NCBI GenBank assembly: GCA_049325275.1 | Contig: JBMOLU010000009.1 | Span: forward strand, 45,103 to 109,102 | Origin: Chloroflexota bacterium | GTDB lineage: Bacteria > Chloroflexota > Anaerolineae > Anaerolineales > UBA4823 | Direction: 5' to 3' | DNA: 64,000 bases | Shown here: positions 33,565-43,353 of the stretch, one piece after another | Layout: every line of letters starts with the position of its first letter | Numbering within the stretch: position 1 is the stretch's first letter | The notes under the pieces: model-generated | Told to the model about the DNA's origin: nothing | The model's database searches: none | What the model saw: the letters and a program-made list of their open reading frames with translations, nothing else | Made by a program: the position numbers and the translations under genes

Positions 33565-34383
33565 ATGAGATTTGGGCCAACAGGCATCCTCATTGGCGAT
33601 TTCGAACTGATCACCTACTACGGCATCATCTTGATGCTGGGTGCGCTGGCCGGCGCATGGCTGGCCGGGCGCGAGGCCAAACGCCGCGGCCTGGACCCTG
33701 AACTGGTCTGGGATGGGCTGCTGTGGGTTTTAATCGGCGGCGTGGTAGGGGCGCGGTTGTGGCACGTGTTCACCCCGCCGCCATCCATGGTTGCGGCCGG
33801 GTACACAACCGCGTTCTACCTCACCCATCCTCTGGATTTGATCAACACCCGCCTGGGCGGCCTCGGTATCCCGGGGGCGATCATTGGCGGCGCCCTGGCG
33901 CTCTACCTGTTCTGCCGCCGACGCAAGTTCAGCTTTGCCGTGTGGGCCGATATTGCCGCGCCGGGCCTGGCCCTGGGGCAGGCCATCGGGCGCTGGGGCA
34001 ACTACATCAACCAGGAAGTCTACGGTGCCCGCACCGATCTCCCCTGGGGCATCTACATCCAGCGAGAAGGGGCCAAGTTCCACCCGCTGTTCTTCTACGA
34101 ATCGGTGTGGAACCTGGCCAATATGGCCCTGTTGCTCTGGCTCGGCCGCCGCTACGCACACCGGCTCAAAGACGGCGACCTGCTGCTGGTATACCTGATC
34201 GTTTACCCGTTGGGGCGCTTTCTGCTCGAGTTCCTGCGCCTCGATTCGGCGCTGATCAGCGGCCTCAACATCAACCAGGCGATAGCCGCCCTGGCGGCCG
34301 TCGCGGGCATCGCCCTGCTCTACTGGCGGCACCGGCCTACCCAGTCCGAAACAGCCATCCAACAACCGGTAGAAAAAGAATAA
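33565..34383 (+). CDS. lgt: Prolipoprotein diacylglyceryl transferase
   Basis: YYG, GARL, GQAIGRWGNYINQEVYG, HPLFFYES, RF..EFLR. Confidence 0.95.
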   Translation: MRFGPTGILIGDFELITYYGIILMLGALAGAWLAGREAKRRGLDPELVWDGLLWVLIGGVVGARLWHVFTPPPSMVAAGYTTAFYLTHPLDLINTRLGGLGIPGAIIGGALALYLFCRRRKFSFAVWADIAAPGLALGQAIGRWGNYINQEVYGARTDLPWGIYIQREGAKFHPLFFYESVWNLANMALLLWLGRRYAHRLKDGDLLLVYLIVYPLGRFLLEFLRLDSALISGLNINQAIAALAAVAGIALLYWRHRPTQSETAIQQPVEKE

Positions 34384-34419
34384 AGGTTATCCCGTTTCAA
34401 CGGGATAGATACCCAGATT

Positions 34420-34457
34420 TGGGGTGTGATTGGGTGCTTCGCAGCACACAACACCCA
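34420..34457. repeat. Palindromic element with GCTTCGC apex (copy 2)
   Basis: tggggtgtg..gtgcttcgcagcac..cacccа-type arms related to 33474-33517. Confidence 0.35.
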
Positions 34458-34626
34458 TTAGACAGCCAAGGCAATCACACCTCAAATCTAGGGCAATTCT
34501 CGCCAAAGGCGGAAGAGCCGATTAAAGCTGCACCAGGGGGCCAAACGCTTTATGGATACCCCAGGTTTATTAAAATGCGAACAGATTGCGGACACTGCGT
34601 GAACGGTGCCTGCATAAAATTGTCTT

Positions 34627-35499
34627 ATGAGCGATCCTTTACGCATTCATCTCGAACAAACTTACTGCAACGCCAGTAACTTACGCTCACAAGGCGAGCA
34701 GGTGCGTCAAATCCTAAACACGCTGCTCTGCGCCTGGAACCGGTTGGATACTGGTTGGGAGAGTTACAGCGAAAGTGGCGTTCAAGACCTTTATCAACAG
34801 GCAGTATGCGAACTCACCCGTATGATTGCTATGCTGGAGCAAGTGGAACAGGCCATCAGCAAAACAACCGACAGCATCCATGCAGCAGACGAATCTTCAG
34901 TCGCACTATTTGATCTTGGCTCTAGGCCACCGAATTTTTCAGCCGATGGAATGCCTGTCGAATCATCGGTTCCCATAAGGGCGTATCAGAACCTGCCCAT
35001 TACTGACCTTCCACAAGGCGAACCTCCTCCAGGATACCTTGATTCGGCGAACGTTGACAGCGTTTCCCAAGAACGTATTGATGATCTGAAACAACTCCTT
35101 GCGACAACTTATACCGGATACGACGTTGCGGTGTGGTTAGATGAACAGGATATCGACGTGACGTTTGGCGATCTACCAGATGGTGAAATCGCTCATACAC
35201 CTGTAGCCGGAAGTACCATTATCTTAAGTTCCGACTTTGCAGGCTGGTCCGATTACGCCTTAGCCGCCTATTTGCTTCATGAAGGCACACACTTACGCGA
35301 TCCGCGTCTCGTAGAAATTGAAAAAGAAGGTAATGCTGCATTGAAGGCACTCCGGAGAAACTGGTATGAAGTGACCAAGAAGCTGGAAACGGCACTCTAC
35401 CCTTACCCTGAAGAGTATCGAGCGTTCAAAGCTCAGGCAGATTTCTGGCTTGAAGTGCGCGATCGAATCCCCCTGATCAAGTTGGAGAAGATGCAGTAA
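34627..35499 (+). CDS. WXG100-like N-terminal domain plus HExxH metallopeptidase-like domain; candidate type VII secretion toxin
   Basis: About 90 aa helix-W-helix ending IHAADE; LLHEGTH then EEYRAF; visibly lower GC. Confidence 0.6.
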   Translation: MSDPLRIHLEQTYCNASNLRSQGEQVRQILNTLLCAWNRLDTGWESYSESGVQDLYQQAVCELTRMIAMLEQVEQAISKTTDSIHAADESSVALFDLGSRPPNFSADGMPVESSVPIRAYQNLPITDLPQGEPPPGYLDSANVDSVSQERIDDLKQLLATTYTGYDVAVWLDEQDIDVTFGDLPDGEIAHTPVAGSTIILSSDFAGWSDYALAAYLLHEGTHLRDPRLVEIEKEGNAALKALRRNWYEVTKKLETALYPYPEEYRAFKAQADFWLEVRDRIPLIKLEKMQ

Positions 35500-35660
35500 A
35501 TTTGATTTACAATCCCGATGGCACACTTCGAACCACGGAAAAAGTCTACCGGAGTTTGCATGAGCGTTACGGCTACGGCTTTTTGCCGCCGTAGAGGACT
35601 GAACATGTTTTCAACCCCCATACACCATCTACCAGCAACGAGTCTTAGGAATACACATCC

Positions 35661-36284
35661 ATGAAACGTTGTGTCACTATCTCATGTTTATTGCTTGGCA
35701 TTCTCACGACGGTGCTTGCAGTAGGAGGATGGCTGATGTTCGAAAACTTGAAAAACCGCCGTATCCGACCCGTTACAGGCATCGCTGGTTACCAAGTATT
35801 CACGAAAAGATATGGCGAATTCTGTTTTAAAACGCAACTCCCCTCGAATTGGGTGATAGACCAATACCCCTTGGTAGAACGCGAAGGAATATGGATTGCT
35901 TTGAGGGGGCCAGTGAACCAAAGTAAAACCATTAACACAACGTTGCACATCACACTAAGCGAAAGAGAAGCCAATTCTCAAATACGATCGCTTGATGAAT
36001 ATATGAAAAACAGCATCAAGCAGACAAGTATTGGAGAGCCAACTGTTTTACTGAATCAGGAAGTTATAGTGGGAGGGATTTCAGGAAGGGAAGCAAAAAT
36101 CACCTACAAATGGCATCGACCCTATGCCGGTAAATTGCTCGAGATCATCATGGTGAAACAGTGGTTCATTATCTTCAAAGAGGACTACATTTTAGAAGTC
36201 TCTTATGGGAGCACAGAAGAAACTTTTGATGCTTACTATGAAGCCTACCAAAAAGTAGTCGATACGTTAACTTTTCAACCATAA
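35661..36284 (+). CDS. Membrane-anchored PsbP/DcrB-like protein, candidate immunity protein
   Basis: N-terminal TM, LPSNW, VGGISG, C-terminal VVDTLTF; AT-rich; follows the toxin-like gene. Confidence 0.6.
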   Translation: MKRCVTISCLLLGILTTVLAVGGWLMFENLKNRRIRPVTGIAGYQVFTKRYGEFCFKTQLPSNWVIDQYPLVEREGIWIALRGPVNQSKTINTTLHITLSEREANSQIRSLDEYMKNSIKQTSIGEPTVLLNQEVIVGGISGREAKITYKWHRPYAGKLLEIIMVKQWFIIFKEDYILEVSYGSTEETFDAYYEAYQKVVDTLTFQP

Positions 36285-36528
36285 GCGTGCCTGTAAGCGT
36301 TTTTAGCACAACGATCAGGCATCCGTGCCGCCGCCCGCTGAAATCTCGACCCTATCGCTTGCCAGCAAGAAACCTAAGCAAAGTGTAAGTCACGAAAAAC
36401 GACGGGCGGTTTTTAATTTGTTGTAGAATGTCTTCTGCACTATCCATTCGTATGCTGGCCCTTCCGATGCGCCGTAAGGCTATCTGGGCGGGGACCAGAA
36501 TCATTTCTTGAAAGAATAAAGGTGTCTT

Positions 36529-37476
36529 ATGATCACAGCCGAGGGGCTCACCAAGCAATTCGATGATTTCCTGGCCGTGGATGACGTCAGTTTGCAAGTC
36601 GGGGCCGGCGAAGTACTGGCCCTGCTGGGACCAAACGGCGCCGGAAAAACCACCACCGTGCGTATGCTGACCTCCGTCCTGCGGCCGACCCGCGGAAACG
36701 CCAGCATCGCCGGGTACGATGTCGTCAAATATCCGGCAAAAGTGCGGGGTTCGGTCGGTGTGCTCACCGAACAGCACGGGCTGTATGGGCGCATGAACGC
36801 CCTCGATTACCTGGATTTTTTTGGCCAGCTCTACCGCATGCCCGAAGCCCTGCGCAAACAGCGTATTCACGAACTGCTGGAACAGTACGGTTTGCTCGAA
36901 TTTAGCAAACGCCAGATCGGCGATTACTCGAAAGGCATGCGCCAAAAGCTGGCCCTGGCACGCGCCATCCTGCACGATCCGCCGGTGCTGCTGCTCGATG
37001 AACCGACATCGGCCATGGACCCCGAAAGCGCCCGCCTGGTGCGCGATGCGCTGCACCAGCTCAGTTCGGCCAACCGCGCCATCATCCTGTGCACGCACAA
37101 CCTGGCCGAAGCCGAAGAACTTTCCGACCAGATCGCCATCATCCGTCGCGGGCGGATCATCGCCCAGGGCACGTCGCAAACCCTGAAGCGCGCCTTGCTC
37201 GGCCCGGAGGAATACGAAGTGCGCCTGGCCACGACGCTCAACGGGCAGGCGCTGGATTTACCGGCCGAAGTAACACTGACCGAACGCAATGCGACGGGTT
37301 TCCGCTTCCACTCACCGTCACCGGAGAGGGACAACCCGCTGGTGATGGCGCATCTTGTCGCACAAAGTTTACCGGTCGTCAGCCTGCACCCCGTACCGCG
37401 CAGCCTGGAGCAGGTTTACCTGCAAGCGGTGCAGGCATCCGCTGAAGTACCCCTGGAGGTAGCGCATGTGGCATAG
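36529..37476 (+). CDS. ABC transporter ATP-binding protein
   Basis: GPNGAGKTT, YSKGMRQK, LLLDEP. Confidence 0.95.
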   Translation: MITAEGLTKQFDDFLAVDDVSLQVGAGEVLALLGPNGAGKTTTVRMLTSVLRPTRGNASIAGYDVVKYPAKVRGSVGVLTEQHGLYGRMNALDYLDFFGQLYRMPEALRKQRIHELLEQYGLLEFSKRQIGDYSKGMRQKLALARAILHDPPVLLLDEPTSAMDPESARLVRDALHQLSSANRAIILCTHNLAEAEELSDQIAIIRRGRIIAQGTSQTLKRALLGPEEYEVRLATTLNGQALDLPAEVTLTERNATGFRFHSPSPERDNPLVMAHLVAQSLPVVSLHPVPRSLEQVYLQAVQASAEVPLEVAHVA

Positions 37477-38896
37477 TCTTTATCCCGTTGCCGTAATCAG
37501 CCGGCGTGAAGTACGCGATCAACTGCGTGACTGGCGCATTACCACCCCCCTGGTCATTCTGACCCTGTTCTTCCCCATCCTGATCCAGTTTACGGCCCGG
37601 CAAATGGTGGGCTTTGTCAAAACCCAGGGTGGCGCCGACATCCTGTTCGAACGCCTGTTCCCGTTCCTGTTGATGGTGGTGGGGTTCTTCCCGATCACGG
37701 TTTCGTTGGGCATTGCCCTGGAAAGCTTCGCCGGCGAGACCGAGCGCCGCAGCATCGAACCCCTGCTCGACACCCCGTTGAGCGACTGGCAGCTCTACTT
37801 CGGCAAGCTGATCGCCGGCATCTTCGCCTCCGTGACGGCCAGTTACCTGGGCCTGACGGTCTATATCGCCGGGCTTTCGTACTCGGTAAATTGGCTGCCG
37901 CCGCTCGAACTGCTGGTTCAGATTCTGATCCTGGCCTTCGTGCAGGCGCTGGTCATGGTCAGCGGGGCGGTGGTCGTCTCGACGCAGACGACGTCCGTGC
38001 GTGCGGCAAACTTGCTGGCGTCTTTCATCATCATTCCCATGGCCCTCCTGCTCCAAGTCGAGAGCGTGATCATGTTCTGGGGGGACTACGGCATCCTGTG
38101 GTGGGTGATTGCCGGGCAAGTGGTGGTGGCAGGCCTGCTGGTGCGCACCGGGCTGGCCCATTTCAACCGCGAAGACTTGTTGGGACGTGAGTTGGACGCG
38201 ATCAACTTGCGCGCCGGCTGGCATAACTTTGCCAAAGCGTTCGTCGGCGGGGCGAAAAATCCCTGGCAGTGGTACCGGCAAGAAGTCGGCGGGGCCATGC
38301 GAAAATTGCTCATGCCAAGCGTTTTGATGATCCCGCTCATCATTGCCAGCTTCGCCATCGGCGCGCAACTTTCCGGCACCATCGCCGCGTCGGAAGACAT
38401 TTCCGGCTGGACGAGCGTCCTGACCGACCGGGACGTGATCGAGAGCCTGCGCGAGAGCGGGTTCATCAGCCTGCCGATGGTGTTCCTGCTCTGGTTGAAC
38501 AACCTCAAGTCGGTGCTGATTGTTTCGTTGCTCGGCATCATCTCGTTTGGCATCGTCGGCACGCTGGGCTTGATGCTCACCCCGGCCACGCTCGGCTTCA
38601 TCACCGGGCTGGCGGCCAAAGCCGGCATCTCGCCCTGGCTGCTGGCCAGCGCATTCTTTATCCCTCACGGCTCGCTCGAAATTCCTGCCATCATCATCAG
38701 CGGCGCGGCGATCTTGCGTGTCGGCACCACGATGGTCACACCGGCCAAGGACAAATCGATCGGCACAGCCTGGCTGATCGCGCTGGCCGACTGGGCCAAG
38801 GTCGTTTTAGGCGTCGTCGTGCCCCTGTTTTTCCTGGCAGCCCTGGTGGAGGTGTTTATCACGCCACGAGTGGCAGCGGTTGTCTTGGGTTTGTGA
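37466..38896 (+). CDS. ABC-2 type permease fused to a SpoIIM-like domain
   Basis: ESFAGETERRSIEPLLDTP..GK; C-terminal NN, PHGSLEIPA, AALVEVFITP. Confidence 0.82.
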   Translation: MWHSLYPVAVISRREVRDQLRDWRITTPLVILTLFFPILIQFTARQMVGFVKTQGGADILFERLFPFLLMVVGFFPITVSLGIALESFAGETERRSIEPLLDTPLSDWQLYFGKLIAGIFASVTASYLGLTVYIAGLSYSVNWLPPLELLVQILILAFVQALVMVSGAVVVSTQTTSVRAANLLASFIIIPMALLLQVESVIMFWGDYGILWWVIAGQVVVAGLLVRTGLAHFNREDLLGRELDAINLRAGWHNFAKAFVGGAKNPWQWYRQEVGGAMRKLLMPSVLMIPLIIASFAIGAQLSGTIAASEDISGWTSVLTDRDVIESLRESGFISLPMVFLLWLNNLKSVLIVSLLGIISFGIVGTLGLMLTPATLGFITGLAAKAGISPWLLASAFFIPHGSLEIPAIIISGAAILRVGTTMVTPAKDKSIGTAWLIALADWAKVVLGVVVPLFFLAALVEVFITPRVAAVVLGL

Positions 38897-39173
38897 CGGG
38901 CAAAACGATCATCCTTCACCCCCACCGCAAATGATAAAATTTGCCATTATACCGGCAGCGCCTGGGGTTGCGCCATGTCCAGCTTTAACGCTGGCGTGCG
39001 CATGATCCACCCGCAACAACGTGACCGCTTTCTCCGATTGGACCACCGGGAACGAAGCGGGGCCAACGGCTATTCACGTGATGTCCTTTGCCGCTCACTC
39101 TGGGTCTCAAAGGATCGGTTTCTTGCTCCTCGGGCTGGCTTTGGCAACGGGCGCATGCAGGGTTGTCTGGCGA

Positions 39174-39494
39174 TCAAGGCCAAAAAAGCTGTAATAGCAA
39201 CAACACTCCCATCCCCACCACAATCGTCCAGACGATATTTTTCGTGCGCCAGGCGATCCAGGCCGCCACTACGCCGGCAAGCAAGCGTGGGTTGAAGGGG
39301 ATAAAAGTGCCATCTCGAATCAGCAGTTCGGGGAAAATGATCGCCGTCAGCACCGCAGGTGGCACGAAACGCAGGGCGCGCCGCAGCCAACCGGGCGGCG
39401 CCCAGCGGCCCCACAGGGCAATGAACGACAGGCGCGTCACAAAGGTCAGCAGCCCGGCCAGGAACAAGGTGAGCCAGACGCTTGCCGCATTCAT
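39174..39494 (-). CDS. azlD: AzlD family membrane protein
   Basis: TFVTR, LRFVPPAVLTAII; overlaps the azlC stop. Confidence 0.85.
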   Translation of the reverse strand: MNAASVWLTLFLAGLLTFVTRLSFIALWGRWAPPGWLRRALRFVPPAVLTAIIFPELLIRDGTFIPFNPRLLAGVVAAWIAWRTKNIVWTIVVGMGVLLLLQLFWP

Positions 39495-40210
39495 GGTTTT
39501 TGCTTCCATCCTTCGGCCCACATCCCCACCAGGATTCCGGCCGCTGCGGCGACCATCAACCCCAGCTTGTAGGGCAAGCTGTAAGTCAGCAGCGCCGTCG
39601 CGCCCGCAACCGAGGCCGCCGCCACGCTGGGGCGGTCTTTCAAGGCTGGGACCACCAGCGCAATGAACGTCAACGCCAGCGTAAAGTCAAGCGACCAGCT
39701 TGCGGGCACCTGCGCGCCCAGGAAAATGCCCACAGCAGTCGAGAGCTGCCAGGTAGTCCACAAAGCCAGCGCGCCGCCGAGAAAGTACCAGTGATTCTGC
39801 TGTGCAGCCGGCTGACCGGCGTTTGCTCCGGGGGAAAGCGAAGCATAACGCGTGATCGCCACAGCATAGGCCTCATCGGTCAGCACGTAGGCCAACAGGA
39901 GCTTCCAACGGCGCGGCAAGTGCTGGACGTAAGGAGCAACCGAGGCGCTGTAGAGCGCATGGCGCAAGTTGACGACAAACGCCGTCAACACGAGCACCCC
40001 AAGCGGTGCGCCAGCCGCAAACAACTGCACCATGATAAACTGCGCCGACCCGGCAAAGACCACCGACGACATCCCCTGCGCGGCAGCCGGGCCCAGGCCA
40101 GCCTGGAGCGCCAGCACGCCGTAGATCATGCCAAAGGGAGACGTACCCAGTAAGATCGGCAGGCAGGCGCGCACACCAGAAACGAAGGATGAAAAGCGGG
40201 GGGAGTACAT
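39491..40210 (-). CDS. azlC: AzlC family permease
   Basis: MS..VFAGSAQF, VNLRHALYS, LTDEAYA. Confidence 0.9.
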   Translation of the reverse strand: MYSPRFSSFVSGVRACLPILLGTSPFGMIYGVLALQAGLGPAAAQGMSSVVFAGSAQFIMVQLFAAGAPLGVLVLTAFVVNLRHALYSASVAPYVQHLPRRWKLLLAYVLTDEAYAVAITRYASLSPGANAGQPAAQQNHWYFLGGALALWTTWQLSTAVGIFLGAQVPASWSLDFTLALTFIALVVPALKDRPSVAAASVAGATALLTYSLPYKLGLMVAAAAGILVGMWAEGWKQKP

Positions 40211-40342
40211 GATGGGTGATGGGATGATACGTGATGCGTGATGGGCGGCCGATTCAGGTTTCATGCAGCACGGCGAGTATACCGCGCCGGATGGTCTTTT
40301 CTTTTGTTTCTTCTGCACAATTCTCGGCCCTCAGCGTTGTTC

Positions 40343-40371
40343 TTGACGAATGCCGGGGCGGATGATAGACT
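40343..40371 (+). promoter_or_regulatory. Promoter of the arg operon leader
   Basis: TTGACG-N17-TAGACT with TGn extended -10. Confidence 0.65.
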
Positions 40372-40381
40372 CTCGACCACT

Positions 40382-40459
40382 ATGGCTATCCTTTTTTTTC
40401 GTCGCGCGCGTCGTACCTTACCTGCCCCTCGGGAAGGTGGGTTGCTTGCGCGTGCTTGA
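40382..40459 (+). CDS. Putative Arg-rich attenuator leader peptide
   Basis: MAILFFRRARRTLPAPREGGLLARA; 6 Arg of 25, including RRARR; lies between the promoter and a terminator before argG. Confidence 0.65.
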   Translation: MAILFFRRARRTLPAPREGGLLARA

Positions 40460-40481
40460 TTTTCAAGTGGATTGATCTGCG

Positions 40482-40508
40482 AAGCCCTCCATTCCCGGAG
40501 GGCTTTTT
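40482..40508 (+). terminator. Attenuator terminator upstream of argG
   Basis: aagccctcc-attccc-ggagggctt followed by a T run. Confidence 0.75.
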
Positions 40509-40609
40509 GTTGCCCAAAGCAGAGAGCAAAAGCCGGTAAACAGCCGCCAAAGCAATTGTCGTACAAACGCGATGCTCTCCATTTTCTCTTCTTTTTCCAG
40601 GAGGTTCCC

Positions 40610-41875
40610 ATGTCCCAACCCAGCGTCAAGAAAGTCGTTCTTGCCTACTCGGGCGGTCTTGACACGTCCGTCATTGTGCCTTGGCTCAAAGAAAACTATG
40701 ACTGCGAGGTGGTTTGCTTTACTGCCGATATCGGCCAGGCTGACGAAAACACCGGGCTTGAAGAAAAAGCCCTCGCCAGCGGCGCCAGCCAGCTGGTGAT
40801 GAAAGACTTGCGTGAAGAGTTTGCCAGCGATTACCTGTTTCCCCTGCTGCGCTCCGGCGCCGTTTACGAACGCAAGTACCTGCTCGGAACCTCGGTAGCC
40901 CGCCCTCTGATCGCCAAGCACCAGGTGGAAGTCGCTCACGAAGTCGGCGCAGACGCGGTTGCCCACGGTGCAACCGGGAAAGGGAACGACCAGGTGCGTT
41001 TCGAGTTGACCTTCACGGCCCTTGATCCACGCCTGAAGATCATCGCCCCCTGGCGAGAAAAGAACTGGAAGATTCGCTCGCGCGAAGATGCCATCCAATA
41101 CGCAGCCGCACACAACGTGCCCGTCGCCGCCACACTCAAGTCGATTTACAGCCGCGACCGCAACCTGTGGCACATTTCGCACGAGGGCGGCACGCTCGAA
41201 GACCCCTGGAACGAACCCGAAGAAGCCATGTTCCAACTCAGCGCTTCGCCTGAAAATGCCCCCGACCAACCCGAATACGTCGAAATCGGCTTCGAATCCG
41301 GCTCGCCGGTGAGCGTCAACGGCGAGAAAATGTCGCCGGCCAATCTGATCGCTTACCTGAACGTGCTGGGCGGCAAACATGGCATCGGGCGCGTCGACAT
41401 GGTCGAAGGCCGCCTGGTTGGGATGAAATCGCACGGCGTTTACGAAACCCCGGGCGGTGCGATTCTGCTCGCCGCCCACCGGGAAGTCGAATCGCTGGTG
41501 CTCGACCGCGACACGATGCACTTCAAAGACACGCTGGCGCTCAAATATGCCGAGTTGGTCTACAACGGCATGTGGTTTTCGCCGCTACGCGAGGCGCTGG
41601 ATGCTTTCTTCGACAACACACAAGGTCCCGTAACCGGGCTGGTGCGCCTCAAACTCTACAAGGGCAACGTTATCCCGGTCGGGCGCAAGAGTCCCTTCAG
41701 CCTGTACCGTGAAGACTTCGCCACCTTCGGGCAAGAAAACGTCTACGATCAAAGTCACGCCGATGGCTTCATCCGCCTCTACGGCCTGCCGCTCAAAGTG
41801 CGCGCCCTCAACGATCTGCCCGTTTCGGGCCTGAACATGCCGAAACCGGATTATTCGCGGTTTAAACGGGACTAA
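40610..41875 (+). CDS. argG: Argininosuccinate synthase
   Basis: [41 protein letters not shown]; GGAGG SD. Confidence 0.97.
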   Translation: MSQPSVKKVVLAYSGGLDTSVIVPWLKENYDCEVVCFTADIGQADENTGLEEKALASGASQLVMKDLREEFASDYLFPLLRSGAVYERKYLLGTSVARPLIAKHQVEVAHEVGADAVAHGATGKGNDQVRFELTFTALDPRLKIIAPWREKNWKIRSREDAIQYAAAHNVPVAATLKSIYSRDRNLWHISHEGGTLEDPWNEPEEAMFQLSASPENAPDQPEYVEIGFESGSPVSVNGEKMSPANLIAYLNVLGGKHGIGRVDMVEGRLVGMKSHGVYETPGGAILLAAHREVESLVLDRDTMHFKDTLALKYAELVYNGMWFSPLREALDAFFDNTQGPVTGLVRLKLYKGNVIPVGRKSPFSLYREDFATFGQENVYDQSHADGFIRLYGLPLKVRALNDLPVSGLNMPKPDYSRFKRD

Positions 41876-41877
41876 AT

Positions 41878-41931
41878 TTTCACGTATCACGTTTTACAAG
41901 TGTTTCGATGCATGATACGTGATGCGTGATT
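41878..41931. repeat. Heptamer-built imperfect palindrome (TCACGYA family)
   Basis: tttcacg tatcacg .. catgata cgtgatg cgtgatt. Confidence 0.65.
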
Positions 41932-41946
41932 TCAGTGGAGCTACCG

Positions 41947-43353
41947 ATGACTCTTTGGGGTGGACGTTTTTCTACCAAACTTGACTCACTGGCCTGGGAT
42001 TTGAATACATCCCTGGGTTTCGACCGGCGCATGGCGCAGCAGGACGTGCGCGCCAGCATAGCCTGGGCCAGGGCCATCGCCGCAGCCGGCGTGCTCACTA
42101 CGGAAGAGTGCGAGCAGGTTTGCGCCGGTTTGCGGGCCATCGGCGATGAATTTGGCACCGGAACGTTCGTCTTTCAGCCCAGCGACGAAGACATTCACAC
42201 CGCCGTGGAGCGCCGCCTGGGCGAGATCGTCGGTCCGGCGGCCGGCAAACTGCACACCGGGCGCTCGCGCAACGACCAGGTAGCCACAGATTTTCGCCTG
42301 TGGGTGCTCGATCATTTGCCGGCGCTGGAGGCGGCCGTGCAGGACATGCAAACCGCCCTCGTCGAACGGGCCGAAACCGACTTCGGTCTGCTCATGCCGG
42401 GTTACACTCACCTGCAACGCGCCCAACCAATCCTGCTCAGCCATTGGTGGTTGAGCCACTTTTGGCCGCTACAGCGCGACCGCCAACGCCTGGCCGATCT
42501 GCGCCGCAGAGTTGCCGTCATGCCGCTGGGGTGTGGTGCCCTGGCCGGCTGCCCCTTCTCGATCGATCGCGACGCCCTGGCCGGCGACCTGGGTTTCGAT
42601 TTGCCGGCCCACAACAGCCTGGATGCCGTCTCGGACCGCGATTTCGCCGCCGAATTCCTGTTTTGCACCTCGCTGATCGGCGTCCACCTGGGCAAGCTCT
42701 CCGAAGCAATGGTCCTGTTCACGACCACCGAATTCGGCTTCTTCGAGCTTTCCGACGCCTATTCAACCGGTTCGTCGCTCATGCCGCAGAAGAAGAATCC
42801 CGATCTGTTCGAACTGGCACGCGGCAAAGCGGGCACGCTGCTCGGCCTGCTGAGCGGGATGCTGGCCACCCTCAAGGGCCTGCCATCGACCTACGACAAA
42901 GACCTGCAAGAAGACAAGCCGCCCGTCTTCGCCGCCTTCGACACGCTGACGATGATCCTGCCGGTACTGGCCGGTGCGCTGCGCACCCTGGCGGTAAAGC
43001 CGGCGCGTCTGCGCGCCGGGATCGACCCCGCCATGCTCGCCACCGACCTGGCCGACTACCTGGTCGAACGCGGTGTGCCTTTTCGCGAGGCGCATGCGCT
43101 CGCCGGAAAATCGGTACGTCTGGCTGCCGAGAAGGGCGTGCCGCTCGATCAACTGAGCACAGAAGAATACCAATCGTTGCATCCTACCTTCGGCCCGGAC
43201 GTGCACCAGGTTTTCGACCCGGCCCAATCCGTAACCCGGCGCAAAGCCATCGGCGGCACAGCGCCCGAAGCGGTACAGGTGCAATGCCAACAAGCGAAAG
43301 CGTTTTTACATCGCACGCCCTATGATCCTTCCAACCCTATCCCGTTGATATGA
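41947..43353 (+). CDS. argH: Argininosuccinate lyase
   Basis: [45 protein letters not shown]. Confidence 0.97.
   Translation: MTLWGGRFSTKLDSLAWDLNTSLGFDRRMAQQDVRASIAWARAIAAAGVLTTEECEQVCAGLRAIGDEFGTGTFVFQPSDEDIHTAVERRLGEIVGPAAGKLHTGRSRNDQVATDFRLWVLDHLPALEAAVQDMQTALVERAETDFGLLMPGYTHLQRAQPILLSHWWLSHFWPLQRDRQRLADLRRRVAVMPLGCGALAGCPFSIDRDALAGDLGFDLPAHNSLDAVSDRDFAAEFLFCTSLIGVHLGKLSEAMVLFTTTEFGFFELSDAYSTGSSLMPQKKNPDLFELARGKAGTLLGLLSGMLATLKGLPSTYDKDLQEDKPPVFAAFDTLTMILPVLAGALRTLAVKPARLRAGIDPAMLATDLADYLVERGVPFREAHALAGKSVRLAAEKGVPLDQLSTEEYQSLHPTFGPDVHQVFDPAQSVTRRKAIGGTAPEAVQVQCQQAKAFLHRTPYDPSNPIPLI

Noticed and set aside
38975-39295. 106-aa ORF after the permease
   Set aside because: Overlaps azlD antisense; no SD or recognisable motif
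40330-40600. T-box riboswitch or ARG box upstream of argG
   Set aside because: No T-box consensus (GGTGGNACCGCG) or ARG box seen; the leader-peptide model fits better
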